The translations under genes were made by a program, and so were the position numbers. A model generated the notes under the pieces. The model made no database searches. It saw nothing but the letters and a program-made list of their open reading frames with translations, and was not told the DNA's origin. Of a stretch of 20,000 nucleotides of DNA, positions 18,118 through 20,000 are shown in pieces (the first letter of the stretch is position 1; every line of letters starts with the position of its first letter). Source of the DNA: Candidatus Limnocylindrales bacterium (lineage in GTDB: Bacteria > Moduliflexota > Moduliflexia > Moduliflexales > JAUQPW01); contig DATMBG010000008.1 in the NCBI GenBank assembly GCA_035559535.1, positions 44,375 through 64,374 on the forward strand, written 5' to 3'.

Positions 18118-19734
18118 ATGGTAAAAGATTTTCGTTGGTTTCTGGGCCGATGTATCGCCCTATTGTTTCCGGTTCCTTTGCTTTTGATTAGCCTGGTCTC
18201 GGGGGTTCTTTGTGAGGAACCTAAAATGGGTGGGACCCTTAAGTTTATTCCCCACGCCGATCTGAAGGTTTTAGACCCCATCTGGACGACAGCTTATATT
18301 ACCCGTAACCACGGTTATATGATTTATGATACCTTATTTGCCCTGGATAAAGACCTTAAAATTCAGCCTCAGATGGTGGATACCTGGCAGGTAAGTTCCG
18401 ATGGTCTGCAGTATACCTTTACGTTACGGGAAGGTCTCAAGTTCCATGACGGCAGTCCTGTTACGTCCGATGACGTCATTGCTTCCCTCAAACGATGGGG
18501 CCAACGGGATGCTTTGGGAAAGATGTTAATGATGTTTACGAGTCGTTTGGAAGCGGTGGATGCTAAAACTTTCCGTCTGGAGTTAAAGGAACCCTTTGGG
18601 TTAGTTTTAGATGCGCTGGCCAAGCCAAGCAGTAATGTGCCTTTCATCATGCCGGCTCGAATTGCAGCCACTCCGGCCGATGAACAGATCAAAGAATTTA
18701 TCGGTTCGGGTCCCTTCAAATTTGTAAAGGAAGAATGGGAGCCTGGGCATCGGGTAGTTTACGTACGCAATCCCGACTATATTCCACGCTCTGAGCCACC
18801 CAGTTTTGGTGCCGGAGGCAAGCGGGTATATGTGGATCGGGTAGAATGGTTCTACATTCCTGATCCGGCAACGGCCGGGGCGGCGCTGGAAGCCGGAGAG
18901 ATAGACTATTGGGAAAGGTTTCCTGTGGATTTTCTTTCCCGATTAGAGAAAAACCCCGACATTCAAATCCTGATAGATCCATCCCGGGTGGTTCAATTCT
19001 GGTTGCGCCCCAATCATCTCTATCCACCTTTCAACAATCCGAAAGCCCGGCAGGCTCTGGTATGGATGGCCAACCAGGAGACCTATATGCAGGCGGCCAT
19101 TGGAGATCCAAGAATATGGAAAGCGTGTCCGGCGTATTTCATGTGTGGGAGTCCCTGGGAGACCTCTGCAGGGTCAGATCCGCAGATGGGAAAAAACCTG
19201 GAGAAAGCTAGAAAACTCCTGCAAGAAGCCGGGTATGACGGACGGCCTGTAGTACTCATGGATCCCACAGATCAGAACGATATCCATATTGTCACGTTGG
19301 TAACCCAGCAACTACTCACACAAATCGGTGTAAAGGTAGATCTCCAGGCTATGGATTGGAGTACCCTGGTCTCTCGTCGAGCCGAGAAGAAACCTCCCCA
19401 AGAGGGCGGTTGGAATCTCTTCAGTACCTGGTGGCAGTTTGGGGACGTGTTTAATCCGGTAGGAAATCCAGGGATCGTAGGAGATTGTGAAAAAGCCTGG
19501 TTTGGTTGGTATTGCAGCAAGAAGATGGAAGAATTACGGACCGAATGGGCCCGTACCCAAGATCCGGAGAAGCGTAAACAATTGGCAGAGGAAATCCAAA
19601 AATTAGCCTATGAAGAAGTCCCTTATGTACTCTTAGGTCAGGCGACGGTACCCGATGCCTATCGTAAGCATGTGAAAGGCGTTGTTCCCTTTACCTCTCC
19701 GGTTTTCTGGAACGTATGGTTAGATAAAAAATAA
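18118..19734 (+). CDS. ABC transporter substrate-binding protein, family 5 (peptide/nickel type)
   Basis: Signal-like N-terminus, LDPIWTTAYITRNHGYMIYDTLF, YTFTLREGLKFHDG, GSGPFKF, PPFNNPKARQA motifs. Confidence 0.93.
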   Translation: MVKDFRWFLGRCIALLFPVPLLLISLVSGVLCEEPKMGGTLKFIPHADLKVLDPIWTTAYITRNHGYMIYDTLFALDKDLKIQPQMVDTWQVSSDGLQYTFTLREGLKFHDGSPVTSDDVIASLKRWGQRDALGKMLMMFTSRLEAVDAKTFRLELKEPFGLVLDALAKPSSNVPFIMPARIAATPADEQIKEFIGSGPFKFVKEEWEPGHRVVYVRNPDYIPRSEPPSFGAGGKRVYVDRVEWFYIPDPATAGAALEAGEIDYWERFPVDFLSRLEKNPDIQILIDPSRVVQFWLRPNHLYPPFNNPKARQALVWMANQETYMQAAIGDPRIWKACPAYFMCGSPWETSAGSDPQMGKNLEKARKLLQEAGYDGRPVVLMDPTDQNDIHIVTLVTQQLLTQIGVKVDLQAMDWSTLVSRRAEKKPPQEGGWNLFSTWWQFGDVFNPVGNPGIVGDCEKAWFGWYCSKKMEELRTEWARTQDPEKRKQLAEEIQKLAYEEVPYVLLGQATVPDAYRKHVKGVVPFTSPVFWNVWLDKK

Positions 19735-19848
19735 AGGAACTACTCTATCACCTAAGTACTAAGCTTTCTAATCTACAAAGGACTCCGAAGGAATACGGGG
19801 ATTTATAACTTTTTGTGCCGGTTATTCTAGATATGAGACAAGCGTTGT

Positions 19849-20000
19849 CCTCCCCCTTACTCCCCCTTCCTGAAGCTTTGGAAGAGGGAATATATGCACC
19901 AGGATAAGGCTTAGCCGGGAGTGCGACCGTCGGCCCTACTTCCTCGCTCCTCCTTTCCCTCACCCCCAGTTCCCCCTATCCTGTGTAGGGGCGGGAGGCC
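19849..20000. repeat. REP-like palindrome cluster (truncated at window end)
   Basis: cccccttcctgaagc at 19862-19876 is identical to 4142-4156; GTAGGGGCGGG begins at about 19985. Confidence 0.6.

Noticed and set aside
19748..19963. 71-aa minus-strand ORF
   Set aside because: Overlaps repeat-like palindromes and has no recognisable domain.

Overview
Bacterial chromosomal core region (gene content resembles Deltaproteobacteria/Nitrospinota-type genomes; taxon is inference only). Minus-strand operon: class V aminotransferase, atypical pfkA, galT-like HIT enzyme, GAF-domain gene (runs off the left edge, absent from the ORF track). Plus strand: aspS (non-discriminating type), phoH, ybeY, two hypothetical genes. 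Second minus-strand operon: gatC, gatA, gatB, MoaD/ThiS-like gene, accC, dtd, mtnN. Then a YHS protein, an M48 peptidase and a family 5 ABC substrate-binding protein. No transposase, CRISPR, rRNA or tRNA seen. The unusual signals are: a ubiquitin-like sulfur carrier with a masked Gly-Gly end sitting where accB usually is; a PFK with several substituted active-site residues; a palindromic repeat embedded in-frame in a CDS; operon spacers filled by tandem-repeat hairpins; a nested ~600-bp palindrome cluster; and a G-U-rich hairpin in the phoH leader. None of these is shown here to be a new system.
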